From: Stylophora pistillata
Taxonomy: Eukaryota
Assembly: GCF_002571385.2 (NCBI RefSeq)
Contig: NW_019217847.1
Coordinates: forward strand, 47,599 to 111,598
Direction: 5' to 3'
DNA: 64,000 bases
This document shows, in pieces, positions 12,049-25,300 of this stretch; within the stretch, counting starts at the first letter, position 1, and every line of letters starts with the position of its first letter. The notes below the pieces were generated by a model. That model saw only the letters and a list, made by a program, of their open reading frames with translations. It was not told the DNA's origin and did no database searches. Both the position numbers and the translations under genes were made by a program.

Positions 12049-15000
12049 TTATTTCAAGGATAGGTCGCCATAGTCAGTTGAGAAAAGAAGATAAACCCGT
12101 CGAGAAAGTTCAGGTCCAATTCTTCGGCTACTGGCCAGTACCCCGGCGCCACGACGGACCTGGAAGGAAAGGAAAACATCAAGATAAGTCTAACAAGGCA
12201 GATGTGTGAACTGAGTGTGGAAAGCATGTGATTATTGCAATTGGGGATGGGAGCACTTTAGACAGAACACAAACATTGTTTGAAAAAATAAAGTCATCAA
12301 GAAACCTATAGTGTTTATTCCTATTGGATAGATACCTTAGTTATTACATAATCTGGATTCTAACCACACCTTAACCGCAGTCACGTGATTATCCATATAT
12401 TTATCATTGAATGTTGAGTTCATCAGTATTCTAATAAAGCAGTTGTGTAGAGCACTTGGTCTGTGCACACGTTACTCTATAGTAGTGTGCATCGAACCCT
12501 AATACAAAACAAAACCCTTGGGAAATTTCAATTTTACAAACAGTAAACTGACGAACGAAACATTTTCTATTTTCTGAGAGCTTACCAAGATGTCCTGGAG
12601 CAGTTTAGAAGCTTCCTCCCTACTGCTACATCCTCGATAGGCCTTAAAAACATAGCGTTATGTTAATTATTAAGATTCACTACTTCTTTCGTGAAAGAAT
12701 ATTATAAGAATAACAAATATAAATTGTCGGGTAAGTTCACAAGATCTAAGAACAGTTAGAGTGTGAAAAGACTTAATGTAATTGAGATGACAGCATCTGC
12801 AAAGAAAATTATTTAGAGAGGAAAAAACATCATGATGCAGTACCTTAAGGAGACTCTGTGGAGAAGGATAAACGTTTGTTATGGCGGCCGCCATCTCAGC
12901 TGATACATTTCTCAACTGTTGAAAGTGTTTCTGCCAGACTTTCTTCAAACCTTCACCGTCTTTTGACACCTGCAAAAAGGAAAAATAACCACCTGCAGAA
13001 AGGAACAATAACCATGCTAGCAACCTCTTAGCAAACAGCAACATTTGAGGGACAGTGGAGAATTAAAAATAGTTGAGATTCATGGAAAATAACGAAAACG
13101 AGAAACTGTTGACAGGGGGCAATGGTAGGAATGGTCTGGTGACATCTTTTCTGCCTATCATGGCTCAATTTTAGTTCACCCTTCAAAGGATGTAAATGTA
13201 TCGCTGCTGCCCCCCCCCCCCCCCCCCCCTCTTCTGCTACCATTTAACCCCACACCATTTTTTGAGATTCTCCTGGGTAAAGGACCAAACATAATAATCC
13301 TGCCAGGGCTAAAACTAATATGGAGCACGGTGCACTAACCATGGGGCCAGCCCATCCTCCTCAATACGGAGCACAGAGGCCTCATATGTACTTGCCCCAC
13401 CCTTGACTCCCTCTGACAACCCCAACTGCATAAGTACCAAATCATGACACGAGTGCTGGGACAAAGAAGATAGCATTTGTTGATGATGTTGGGCTTCACA
13501 GTGTACCTTCACAGATCGTTTCTGTCCTTCCACACAGAATGAAAATACTTCTGGTTGTTTCCTCCTATTGATGCAGAATGTAATTCATTAATTCTTTGAC
13601 TACTAACAAAACTTTACAAGTGAATGGTCTGAGCAGCAGTTGTTGAACTTAATAATCAGAGATGAGGAGCTTTCAAGTACACATACCTACTGGTAACATT
13701 AATTCTAAAAGAGAAACCAAAACGAGATTGCCCAGGCAATAGCAAGAGAGCCACATGCTCAACTGGTTTAAGGCACTTTGACCTTTGTACCTATGGTCTA
13801 GCAAAGGGTTAACTTAGTCACCATCATAAAAGACTAAGACAACCATGCATGATTAAACTTCAATTTTAAAATCAAGTTTCTGTTATTATGTATTTATTCA
13901 ACTTATTAAGGTGTGGCAATAGACACAATGAATAGATATTTGAGTGATCTTACTTGAATGGTGCTTCAGCAACAGCTTTAGTTAACATGGCCAACAGATC
14001 AGCAAACTCCTCTTCAGTTTCACACATGCGTACTCGGCAGTCAGGCTGTTTAATCTGTAAGTCCACAAGCGCTTCTTCTACATCAACCCTTGACACCGTA
14101 ACACTGGGTACAGATTCCTTATTTGTTTTCTTTCGTCGTTTACCACTGGAATTATCACTATCTGAGGAGCTTTGTCCACGAACAGCATTTCGAAACTGGC
14201 GGTTTTGAGAGAGTTTCACATCTCTTTAGAGAAATCAAAGAAAAAAGTGTGACAATTCACTTTGCATTTTGTAAAATCTTCCTCTGTGCAGTGCATAACT
14301 AAAAAAATCCAAGAAAGGTGTTCTGTACTATTTGCACTCAAGGTAGCATGAGCACCTACTGGAAGTGCACTTTATAAAAAGCAATATTTTTATCATTCTT
14401 ATTGTGACAGTTATTATCATCATGTTGGTGATGTTGATGATGATGTTGATGTTGATAATGATGATGATGATGTCAATTATCATTATAATTATTAACTTTC
14501 AAGACATACCTGAAATACTTTTCAAGACCCATGACAACAAAAGTGATGATTTTTCCAGGGTAAATTGTCAGAGCTCTTTCAAAGAATTCAGTCAGAGTTT
14601 CTTCATCAGAGATAATAGATACTGCTGGATTTTGAATCTCCTAAATGAAAACAATGGGAATACAAAAGGTAGTACTGCAATCATGTTATGTTCAAGCCCC
14701 ATGACACAAACAGTAAAAAATTGTCAATCTATAATCATAAATAGGAAGCAAATATACAGATACTATTTCCTGCTTCCCTATTTGATCTCACCTCACGAAA
14801 TCGTACAACCATTTCCACAAACTTGACTACTGACAGACGAAGAACTGCATGGTTTTCATCAGTGACAGTTGTTCTGGTGGAGATCTACCAAGAAAGATGA
14901 AACAACACACACAAAACAGTGTTTCTATGAATGCTGAATCAATTCACTTTAATTCCCTTTTCATGGTTTGATATTTTATTTTCTAAAGATCCTGTCTCTT

Positions 15001-18000
15001 AACCACACTGTGCAAACTAGGATCTTATTGATGAAAAAAATGGAACAAATAAAATCAGTCAAAATACAAGAGACACAGAACTTAAACTGATCCCAAATTC
15101 CTTTTATCTGTTTTTCTCTTTTCATTTTCCGAGGAGAAGTACCACAATACAGGGCTGGAAATTAAAAAAAATTCCAAGTCGCCTTTTGGCAACTATCAGA
15201 GAAAAAATGGTCCCCAAGTGCAAAAAATGCAGTCACAAGATAGTACAAGAACAGAAATCAGATTAGAGCCTTACTCAATTGGCGTTGTTGATCGGCTTCT
15301 GGTGGATTGTGGTTGCGATTGTGGGGTAGACCGAAATACTCAATCTTGAATGACTTAAAACATGAAAACACAAAAGAAGAAACTCCAAAAGACTTTTGCA
15401 TGACAATCTTACCTTGAGTAGTAAGCGAAAAAAGTAATAAGAACATTTCAGGGCTACTTTAGCTAGGAAAATATGTCAGAGGCTTTTCAACAAAATATTG
15501 CACTCGTGATCACCTGCATGAAGAAGCCACTGTAATATGTCGTCTCAGAAGACACAATTTGAAAGCCATTTCAAGTTTTAGCTTAAAGGTAAACAGACTT
15601 TGCTTTGGCAGAAAAGCAGAAACACAGAAACGAAACTTAAGAAATTTTTCTCATCTACAATCTTTTATTTATCAGAGGAATTAGTTCGAGCTTAGTCGCC
15701 ACTTTGGCGACTAAACTCGAACTTAGTTTAGTTTAATTTAGTTTAGTCGCCACTTTGGCGACTAAACTCGAACTTAGTTTAGTTTAATTTAGTTTAGTCG
15801 CCACTTTGGCGACTAAACTCGAACTTTTAGTCGCCAAGTTAAAAGTTTTAGTCACATTGGCGACTGTATTGGTTGCAATTTCGAGACCTGCTATAGAAAT
15901 AAACCATCCTCTTGTTATATTGTTTACATGTGTGTGTACCTGAAGTGTCTCTTCTTGTACGTCATGTTGCAGACAAGTTCTCTGCCAGGTGATACTGCTG
16001 GGAAATTGCTGTGATTGTATCTTATGAGCTGCTCCCAGTGATTCCAATCTTTGAAGAAGAAGATTTTCCCCTGCTAGCTGACAACAGTTCACTATTTCAT
16101 GATCCATGCAGACCACTATTTGCTGTTTGAAAGAATTTTTTAGCACTTAATGAGAAAAAGTTGACATTTGCCAACATCAATTAACATAATTCTGTACTTT
16201 AAGAGGATGAAAAGAAACAACATACAAAATAATGCAATATTTGAACTTTAAAAGAACATGTGCAATAATACAAAGCCATACATTTTGGGATTCAAGAATA
16301 TGTAAATATTATGGCTACTCTATTGAGAATTTGGACTTACTTTTTCAAGTTTGATTCTTTCAGTTTTTCCATATGCTATTGAAGTCTGGGGGTGTGCTTT
16401 TTATAGTAAATATTTAAGTAGAATTGATAAGCTCTTTGCCAGGTGTTATAAGCTGGGTTACTGCTTAAAACAGCACAGTATCTTGGATATCCATCGTAAT
16501 AAAGATAAGAAATTATGGCAAAGGATCTTTTCCACCAACACTGCATTGAGCAATCTCTTACTTCCCCAGAGAACACAGCAGTTGAGAACTAGGTCGCATA
16601 ATTATATTTTACCTTAGGTTCAGACAAACCGTTTTAAATCAGTTTTTATTAAAAGATGTCTTTTCAATAGTAATTAATACCTTTTCCTTTTCCTTAGTCA
16701 TTCTAATCATGTTAATTGTTGCACGTCTGTTTGCACAGTAATTCTTAATAAAGACCTTTATTATTATTATTATTTATTAAAACACTTTTCTTGCCACATA
16801 GTACCTTGATACAGCCATCCAATCGATTGTTTGATTTCTGATTCATTCTCACAGCCTAAACAAGAAAGAAAGCACAAAATATTAAATCTGCCATCTAAAT
16901 TATATGTAAATCCCGAAAAAAAATTTAATACTAAGAAATTTTTTTTTACATGCTTCCCACTAATTTTTTCTTGTTAGTAACAAAACACGATTTTTAAAGG
17001 CTTCCCCAAGAACCATTTACACTTAAACATCAATATCTATATGTTTAAAAATGGAAAAAGTGTAGTCAGGAGATGTCATGAGTTTTATAGAAATTGGTTG
17101 CCTCTGACTGTTGTTATTTTTTAAACAGACGTTTCAGCTAATGCTTAAGCCTTCATCAGTGATATGAAAAACGAAGATCATTATCATACGCTATTTAAAG
17201 TTAAAAAAACGTGACTCGAAGCTTGCTCCCGTAACTTCCAGAAGCCTATAAAGACCTCGTGCGAGCTCAAATACATAGTTACGCACGCAAGCTTTGCGTC
17301 ACGTTTTTTAACTTTAAATAGTGTGTGACAATGATCTTCGTTTTTCATATCACTGATGAAGGCTTAAGCATTAGCTGAAATGTCTGTTTAAAAAATAACA
17401 ACAGTCAGAGGCAACCAATTTCTATAAAAATCAATATCTATATTCTCCTACTATTTTCTGTACATAGACAGGTAAAAACAAACGATATAAAATCCCGACG
17501 TTTCAGCGACTTCATGACGCCATTGTCAAGGGTACAAATGAAAATTCTTGAACAAACCCTTGTTCAAGAACTCGCATTTGTTAATTTTATTTTCATTTGT
17601 ACCCTTGACAATGGCGTCATGAAGTCGCTGAAACGTAGGGATTTTATATCGTTTGTTTTTACCTGTCTATGTATTACTAAATCTTTGTTAATATTTTCTG
17701 TACATTTCTTAAGGTACTGACAAGGAGAAGTTTTTGAACATTCAGGTTCTCCTTATGTTGGCGATCATTGTTATTATCCTCCTAACCAAATTGTTTGATT
17801 CAGTTAAGATATTGTAAGGAGAAGTAGGATCAGAGGTAACGAAAAAAGTTCACAGGAGAGATAGCACAGCTGGCCCCCAAACAAAAAGTACCAGTATATA
17901 AAATAAAAGGGAAGGAGTTTGGAGATCCTAAAATTTCAATAACACACCATTTTCAGCAGTCTGTCCTTGTCCTTCTGAATTTTCAACTGTTCCCTAGCTT

Positions 18001-19993
18001 GTTTTCTGGCCTGTTGTTCTTTTTCTTTTGCTTGTTTCTTTGTTCTTTTTTCAAGTTCTTTTGCTTGTTTCTTTAGCTACAAAAGTGAGTAGTGATACAA
18101 AGAATTCTAAATAAATTAACTGTAAAAAGCACATATTGCAAAATAATCGAAAGAATACCTTATGATAAGTCTATGCAAGAGATGCTTTTTCAGGATTTTA
18201 AAAAATTGAAGATGTTGACATGGACAGATTGAAGCTTATAAACATCATCTGCCAACTCAGTGTCGACACTCCTCCTGACTATTCCTCAGTGCTGTATCAA
18301 ATTACATTATCCTTGCAAAGTGGACTGAGCCTCATCAGTATCAATAAAAAATAAAGTCTCTCAATATGCAAGTATCTATTTAAAGTGATACTTACATGAG
18401 CTTCATTTCTCTGTTTTGCAATTTCCTGTGGTAACCTTCTCCTTCTTTTAACAGGGATTTGAGAATCATCCTGAGAGTCAAAGTTGCTTCCTTGAAACTG
18501 AGAGTCATGTCTTTCATAATTATCTGTGTATGAGTTTGAATGTGATGGAGAAGATAGGGTGCCTCTACTACATGAATGTAAAGATGGAAGAACACATGGA
18601 AGATCATCACTGTCAGAGCTGTCATGATCACATGGAGAGGAATCTACAAATTTTTCTCCCTGTCTCTCCACAGCTTTCCTGTTCTTCTTTAGTGGCATTT
18701 GATTCCCTGAGTTTTTAGCTAGTGTTTTAGCAGCAGATGAATGTAAAGTGTTTCTAACATCCTGAATATCCTCTTGCTCATCATCATCCAAGAAGGAAAG
18801 ATCAATTATTGAACTTGCATGTTTGACCTTCCCTACCCCTACCTCACCCTTTTCTTCAGGGTGGTAAGAAGAAACATGTCCTACGCTGACAGCTGACTCC
18901 ATAGTTTGTGACTGCTTTCCAGGGCTTTTTCTAGATTCCTTGTCATTCATTCTGCTTCTTAAGGCACTGAACAAGCTTTTTCTCTCTTCATTTGCTACAA
19001 TAATGTCATCATCAGTACTATCTGCATCAGTGTAAACATCAGTGTCACTGGAATCATCTTTAATTTCTAAAACTTTTTCTCTGTTAACAGATACCTCTGA
19101 TTTATCAAAAGTCCTTGAATTAACCAGATTCCTTTGGGTCTGATCCTTGGCTTTGTTTTCAACATCAACATCAACATCAATATTGACTATGGCAGGAAAC
19201 TGAAAAACAAATAAGTTGATATTTGATGAACTGCAGTCAATTTCCACGGAGACTGGTAAACAGCTGTACGTGCAAATTGACGTAGTGTATTTGATAAATG
19301 TTTTTCTGTCAAATTCGAAGCATATTATATCGGCTATGACTTCAGTTACTCGCACTAAACGTAAAGGAAATGACAATGAAAGATTTGTAAACAAAGTAAA
19401 CACAGTAAACAGAGCATAAAAATCTGTGAACGTAGGCACAGGTACAGTCAATGATCAGCAGTTAAGGATGAAGAAAACTCATTATCATTCAAACTTTAAA
19501 AAGGCTCTTACTAATGGAGTGAATAAAAACTATTTTCATGTCACAGACGATAGCTCAAACTTTTGAGATCAGTTTCCCATAATTTGGGTTGTTTTGTTGG
19601 CGAATTATGCGACTATCGCGGTCTATGAACTGGAAAATATTACGCCACTAACTTAGTCTGTACATACTGTACAACTTTATCATAGTTATACTGACGAAGA
19701 TAGTGACGTAAAATCTTCCAGTTTATTGACTGAGATATTCACATATTATATTGTTATTATATACATGTATATTCCCAGCAGTTTTGATTGTTTCATCCGG
19801 TACTAACCTGACCATCCAGTATCCTGTTAATAGTTTTCATTGGACCTCTAGTGATTTCCAAATCTTTAGCTATATCTATTGGATCAACATCTGGGCAGAC
19901 TGACAGTACATTTTCGATCATAGTATGTGCTACAGGCTTTATACTACTAATACTACAGGAAAGATATTCCAGATTGTCTGCTTCATTAGCCAT
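12049..19993 (-). CDS. EME1: Crossover junction endonuclease subunit EME1; 12 exons: 19993-19808, 19199-18396, 18076-17948, 16855-16805, 16122-15940, 14884-14792, 14640-14510, 14223-13954, 13564-13507, 12969-12844, 12642-12586, 12159-12049
   Basis: ERCC4-like region (VSRVDVEEALVDLQ...TKAVAEAPFK), HhH region (AAAITNVYPSPQSLL) and the EME1-type C-terminus VRRGAGVLASSRRIGPELSRRVY. Splice phases are consistent. Confidence 0.92.
15150..15890. mobile_element. hAT-like MITE in an EME1 intron, with a 51-bp tandem hairpin unit in about 3 copies (15693-15830)
   Basis: Ends CAGGGCTGGAAATT and AATTTCGAGACCTG; subterminal GTCGCCA/TGGCGAC motifs. No TSD is retained. Confidence 0.6.
16290..16780 (+). mobile_element. 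5'-truncated LINE 3' fragment
   Basis: Text typical of an RT C-terminus (YAIEVWG...RTRSHNYILP*VQTNRFKSVFIKRCLF), followed by AATAAA and a (TTA)n tail. Confidence 0.7.
17043..17429. mobile_element. Penelope-like inverted-repeat insertion with a hammerhead-like core
   Basis: Inverted arms of about 130 bp containing CTGATGA-stem-GAAA(C/T)GTC. 14-bp flanking duplication ATCAATATCTATAT at 17029-17042 and 17430-17443. Confidence 0.75.
17466..17691. mobile_element. Second Penelope-like inverted-repeat insertion (variant core TTGACAA...GAAACGT)
   Basis: Inverted arms of about 80 bp. 14-bp flanking duplication TATTTTCTGTACAT at 17452-17465 and 17692-17705. Confidence 0.7.
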
Positions 19994-20216
19994 TTTTTCC
20001 CATTTTTGTGGATGGCGCGCTCTTCATTTGAAGAACCGCTGTATGCATAAGCTGTGGGCGTCGATGGGGGGAGGGGTGCTTATAATTTCCCGTACTACTT
20101 TAGACGCCCATTACTTTACTACTTACTTTACCTGCTTGGTGTACAGCCCATTACTTGCCTGATGTACTTTATTATCATACTTTACTTATTTGCTTAGTAT
20201 ACTTTACTTCCTTGAT

Positions 20217-20803
20217 GGGGGGTCCCCTGTACCTTTTTTGTGATTGGACGACTTTTTTCTCGTGAATCATAATTTGATTTTTTCTTTATTCGTGAATCGT
20301 ATTTAGAGACGATAACAAAACAACAACAACAATTTATTTCACGTCGGTAACGATAAGATCTTTTAATGTCCACATGAACTAACTTTTTTTAATCAAACGT
20401 GAAATAAGAGCTGAATTAAAGGTGATTAGAGAAACATTTTGTTTTGCGGGTTTTTATGGTTTTGAAAATGTATGTATTGTTCTCGAACGATTGTGCACAG
20501 GTTTTGACCAGGATTTTGACAGAACATGGACTTCATATGGATCGACAAAAGTTATAAAACAGACCACAAATGGTACTTGAACAAATAAGAAAAGATATTA
20601 CGTCATCTTTTGTTACTGAAGATTGGTAAGACTAGTAAAAGTAAAGATGTTAATTCGTGGAGTTGCGTTTTTAATTATAATGTGGAACGTGACTGTCGCA
20701 AACTTTGCGTGAAGGTGAAAAGATTTTGGACATTATGCGTGATGCGCGAAAAGGCCTAATATTTTTACGTGACTGAGTTTTATAAAGAGGTATCCGGGAC
20801 TCT
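20217..20803. mobile_element. Degenerate MITE nested in the satellite
   Basis: Imperfect TIRs GGGGGTCCCCTGTACC and GGTATCCGGGACTC; CGTGA subterminal motifs. Confidence 0.45.
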
Positions 20804-21339
20804 TTTGGTGTATCAATTACTTGCTTGATGTACTTTACTTGCTTGGCATATTTTACTTGCTTGGCATACTTTACTTGCTTAGCGTACTTTACTAAGTGAA
20901 TAAATTACTTGTTTGATATATTTTATTTACTTTACTTCATATATTTTCCCTGCTTGATGCGGTGATTATTTGCTTTATGTACTTTACTTCCTTAGTGTCC
21001 TTAACTTGCTCGGCATACTTAACTTACTCGGCGTAATCTACTTGCTTGGCATACTTAACTTACTCGGCCTACTTTACTTGCTCGGCATACTTAACTTACT
21101 CGGCGTACTTTACTTGCTCGGCATACTTAACTTACTCGGCGTCCTTTACTTGATTGGCATACTTAACTTGACTTATTCGGCGTACTTTACTTGCTTGGCG
21201 TATTTAACTTACTCGGCGTACTTTACTTGCTTGGCATACTCAACTTACTCGGCGTACTTTACTTGCTCGGCATACCTTTCTTGCTTGATGTACTTTACTT
21301 GCCTGGCATATTTTACTTGCTTGATGTACTTTACTTGTT

Positions 21340-22388
21340 TATTTTATTTATTTATTTAATCGCTTTCACCATACTTACAATACTAAAAGGACTAAAATAT
21401 ACATATGAACAAGACACAGAGGAGAACGGAGGACAAAGGTGCGGGACACACAACAGAGCGAGGCTCCAAATTAAGTGTGCCCTTACGAGAAATATACAAA
21501 TACTAACTATGTAAACAACAGACAGTGTAAAAAGTATATAAAAAAGTATATACAATAATAAAAGCAAAAACGAAAACGATATGAATAAATCCCTTATGCG
21601 GCCGATAGAAAGTCCTAATAGCAACAGTTACCATCTAATAGAAGATCACGTGACCTGCTGCATTTGCAGCAGATCGACTTCCAGGTGTTGAAGTTAGTGA
21701 CGTCATAGTTTGTACGAAAAGCAGCGGAATAGCGTTGGAGTACGTGAGATTTAAACTGATTGAGAGAACTAATAATACGAGTGGATACAGGTAAGGTATT
21801 CCATAGTTTAGCGACACGATTAAAGTAACTAAATTGAAAGAGCTTTGTACGGCACTTAGGAATTAGTACGTCTAGATCAGAGCTATGGCGAGTAAGACNT
21901 CACCAGCCGTCCAGCCTGTCCAGGTCTTTTTGGAGTGACTCACAGTCCTGTAGACTATCAATGACACTGGAACACTTTGAGTCGTCGGCGAAGAGTGCGA
22001 TATGATTCTGTATCACCGGCGGGAGGTCGTTCACATAAACTAAGAACAGCAGAGGACCAAGGATACTGCCTTGAGGGACTCCTGATGGAACTGGGGAACG
22101 ACTAGAGGTGAAACCGTGGACCAAGCACTGCTGACCACGTCCATCTAGATAACTCTCAAACCACTGGAGAAGTTTCCCACTGACACCGTATTGGGAGAGT
22201 TTCAGAAGCAACCCTTGGTGGGAAACACTGTCGAAAGCCTTCGCGAGATCCAGGTACACTATGTCCGACTGCAGGCCCTTATCAAGAGACTGGCTAATCT
22301 CGTGATAGAACGTTAGAAGCTGGGTGACTGTAGATCGACCCTGAAGGAAACCGTGCTGAGCATTGTCAAACAAAGGACAAAGAAAATC
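21340..22388 (-). mobile_element. CR1/L2-clade LINE fragment (RT core plus 3' UTR), with an assembly N at 21899
   Basis: QHGF..GRST, YLDLAKAFDSV, GVPQGSILGPLLFLVYVNDL and FADD motifs; (TAAA)n tail at about 21340-21358. Confidence 0.92.
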
Positions 22389-25300
22389 ATTACTTGCTTG
22401 ATGTACTAATTAATTGCTTGGCATGTGCTTAAAAGTACTTGCTTGGCGTACTTTACTTAACTTGCTCGATATACTTTCTTTGCTTAGTGTACTTTACTTC
22501 CTTCATGTATCATTTACTTGCTTGTTGTACTCTACTTCCTTGATGCGTACTTTACTTACTTGGCGTACTTTACTTGCTCAATGTAATTAATAATTTCTTG
22601 ACGTACTTTGCTTGCTCAATGTTCTTATTAATCTCTTGGTGTACTTTACTAGCTGAATGTACTTATTAATTTCTTGAAGTACTTTACTTGCTCAATTTAC
22701 GTATCAATTACTTGTCGTGCTTTACTCGCTTGGCGTAGTTTTATTGCTTGGTTTACTTTACTTGCTTAATGTACTTATTACTTTCTTGATGTACGTTACA
22801 TCCTTGGTGTGCTTAACTTGCTTGATGTACTTAATTGGCTCGACGTACTCTACTTGCTTGGTGTACTTCATTTGCTCGGTGTACTTTACTTTAGGTGTTC
22901 CAAGCACTGAGTTAAGTACACTAAGGAAATAGAGTAAGTCGAGCAAATAATTGGTACATCAAGCAAGTAAAGTATACGAAGCAAGTAAAGCAAACAAAGT
23001 ATATTAAGCAATTACAGTTAAGTAGGCCAAGCAAGTAATTAAAGTATGCCTAGCAAGTAAAGTACACCAAGCGAGTAGAGAAGTAACGTAATGGCCGTAA
23101 CCAGGAGTTTGTATAGCTCGGGACATTAAAAGTTGTCTTACACCATCTGCTCCAAAAGTGCTGTTCTTTCGTTTCAAGCGTTTGGCAGATTCTGGGAAAA
23201 TTCGGGAGAAACGAATCATAAAAGTTCATATGAGATATATTCTGTATCCAGTTTTAAGTACAGATGTCTTAGTTTTCAGGAATTTGTTTTATCCTAAGTC
23301 ATTAGAAGTCCCAGATGCCTTTGCTTGAGAGTGAAGACTGATTGCTTTTCATCTAACGCAAGCACTTCCGTAATAGCAAATGGTCGTATGCTCAGGGGTT
23401 CCCACTTTTTCTTTATCGAGAACCGGTTGATTAAAAGAAAAATTATGAAATCCGTTTTTTAAAGATTCCGGAGCTCAAATAAATCAAGTTGAGTTTTTTG
23501 GTGAGCAACATGGTCAAACATTTGTCCAGGGAACTTAAAGGAAAATAAGAACTCATGCCGGCATAACACTGAACACCTTTTTACTCACATTCAGTACCGC
23601 TCAGTGCTAGAATTTTTATCTCAACCCAAGTGAACGACTAAGTCAAGCTTGGTTTTGCGTTATCAAAAAAGCTCTGATTTCATAAATTATCAAGCTTCCG
23701 TTGGTAAGTATACATTTAATCCAGAGAAGAAAAGATTTATCACACATAGAGCTAACAAAATACCTCTTCCTTTAAAACTTCACTCGGTCGCGAAAAGTCG
23801 TCCGTTGCTCAATTAGAAGTAAACTGAAATCATTTTCGTCGCCGCTTCTCAGATAGAAGTTGACACAAGTTAACTAACAAAGATATAAGCGAAGATCTGA
23901 AGTGTAAAATTCCAGGCTTGGTGCTAAAGATAACTCCGTCGGATTTGATGAACACATAATTAATTTCTTTTGTTTGAGAATTTATTGGGGCACCTTGGCA
24001 AGGCTCAAGGCAAAGCCAAAAATTAAGAAAGTTATAAACTTATAAGTATTAAAATGCCCCGTGGTATTATTATGGGAGCTATAGAAATCATGTTATTACG
24101 GAAATGATTAAAGAGAGTCATGGAGCGGCTTCAAAACACGCAAAGACACTGATCTCCTCGCAAAAGGCAACTTTAAAAACCTGGCTTTTCACTGCAAAAA
24201 ACATAAAGTTAAAAAATTGAAACAGCGAGGTTTTGTCTACTTTAAACGGAGGGATGTGCATTGTGATAGGAGAAAAAGCTGTCGGGTTTGGAAATATGTC
24301 TTTCACAGAAAGGAAACAGAATATGTGCTCATTAGGAACTCATGTGATTACAAAAGCTCTTCACAATATCCGCCTTTTAAGACTCCTTTTCCATTCAAGA
24401 AGAGTTTATAAACATTGGAAATTAATACGAATGATAAAAATAAGGCTGGGAAAAGTTTTTATATATTCTTTAGAGAATAATTTACAGAAATTGGAACTAT
24501 TATGTTTGGAAAAGATGGAAGCAATAGAATCTATGACGCGGATGTTTGGGCCGGTAAATAAAATGTGGCCTATGAACAAAGGAAATCTCTTTTTTCTTTT
24601 ACTTTCACTGATTAATATCGAACACAAAGAAACGATATTGAATGAAAAGGCGGAGCAGTAATTGTCGATAGGAATATATAAAACATACTTGTTAATGAGG
24701 TTTGACCGGATGCCTTTTAAACTGCTAATTGCGACCAGTGGGAGGACGTTTGTTCCGCGTCAGTCGGGAAGAACATTTTATTTGATGATGATCAGTAAGA
24801 TTGTAATTAAAAAGATAATTGAAGTGTTGACAATGAAAATGCTTGGAGGGAATTGTATATTAAGTGCGGTGTTTTCATCCGACGCTCACTTTCAGTTGGT
24901 GCGACTAACACGAAACACTTTGTAAATCTGGTTCTAGAACGACTTTTTCATCGACAAGGAACAGCAGAGTACAGGTAAGAAGACTGTGTATGATAAAATT
25001 TCATTTACGATGATGTTTGAGTATTTATTCTTTGAGTGGTGTTTCTGGTATTGATGTAAAGGTATGGGAATGTTTTTGCTATTCATTATAACTGCCGAGC
25101 TGAATTTCTATCATGTTTCAAAAAAGCTCATCATGAGCTCAAAGATGATGTTTGAGAAATTTTCAGCACTTTTTTTGTTGCATGTGTTACCCATTATTTT
25201 AAGGCTGGCGTATTAAATTGGGTGTCACTGATCTGAATCTTGGTTTCTAGTAGGACTTTTTTTTTGTCCTTTCAGACAATATCGGATGAATTCATGCCTC

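Larger units (their letters stand above)
20092..23090. repeat. Degenerate 18-bp satellite (TACTTTACTTGCTTGGCG) with an inverted right end (foldback-like), hosting nested insertions
   Basis: Dozens of degenerate units; orientation flips to AAGCAAGTAAAGTA after about 22905. Confidence 0.8.

Noticed and set aside
14365-14826. Hydrophobic poly-Met/Ile ORF
   Set aside because: An (ATG/TTG)n microsatellite plus the antisense of EME1 exons.
20970-21514. Leu-rich membrane-protein ORFs
   Set aside because: These are translations of the 18-bp satellite.
24060-24930. Protein-coding gene or retroelement ORF
   Set aside because: Only short overlapping ORFs with no recognisable motif; at most a very decayed element or the 5' region of the neuropeptide gene.
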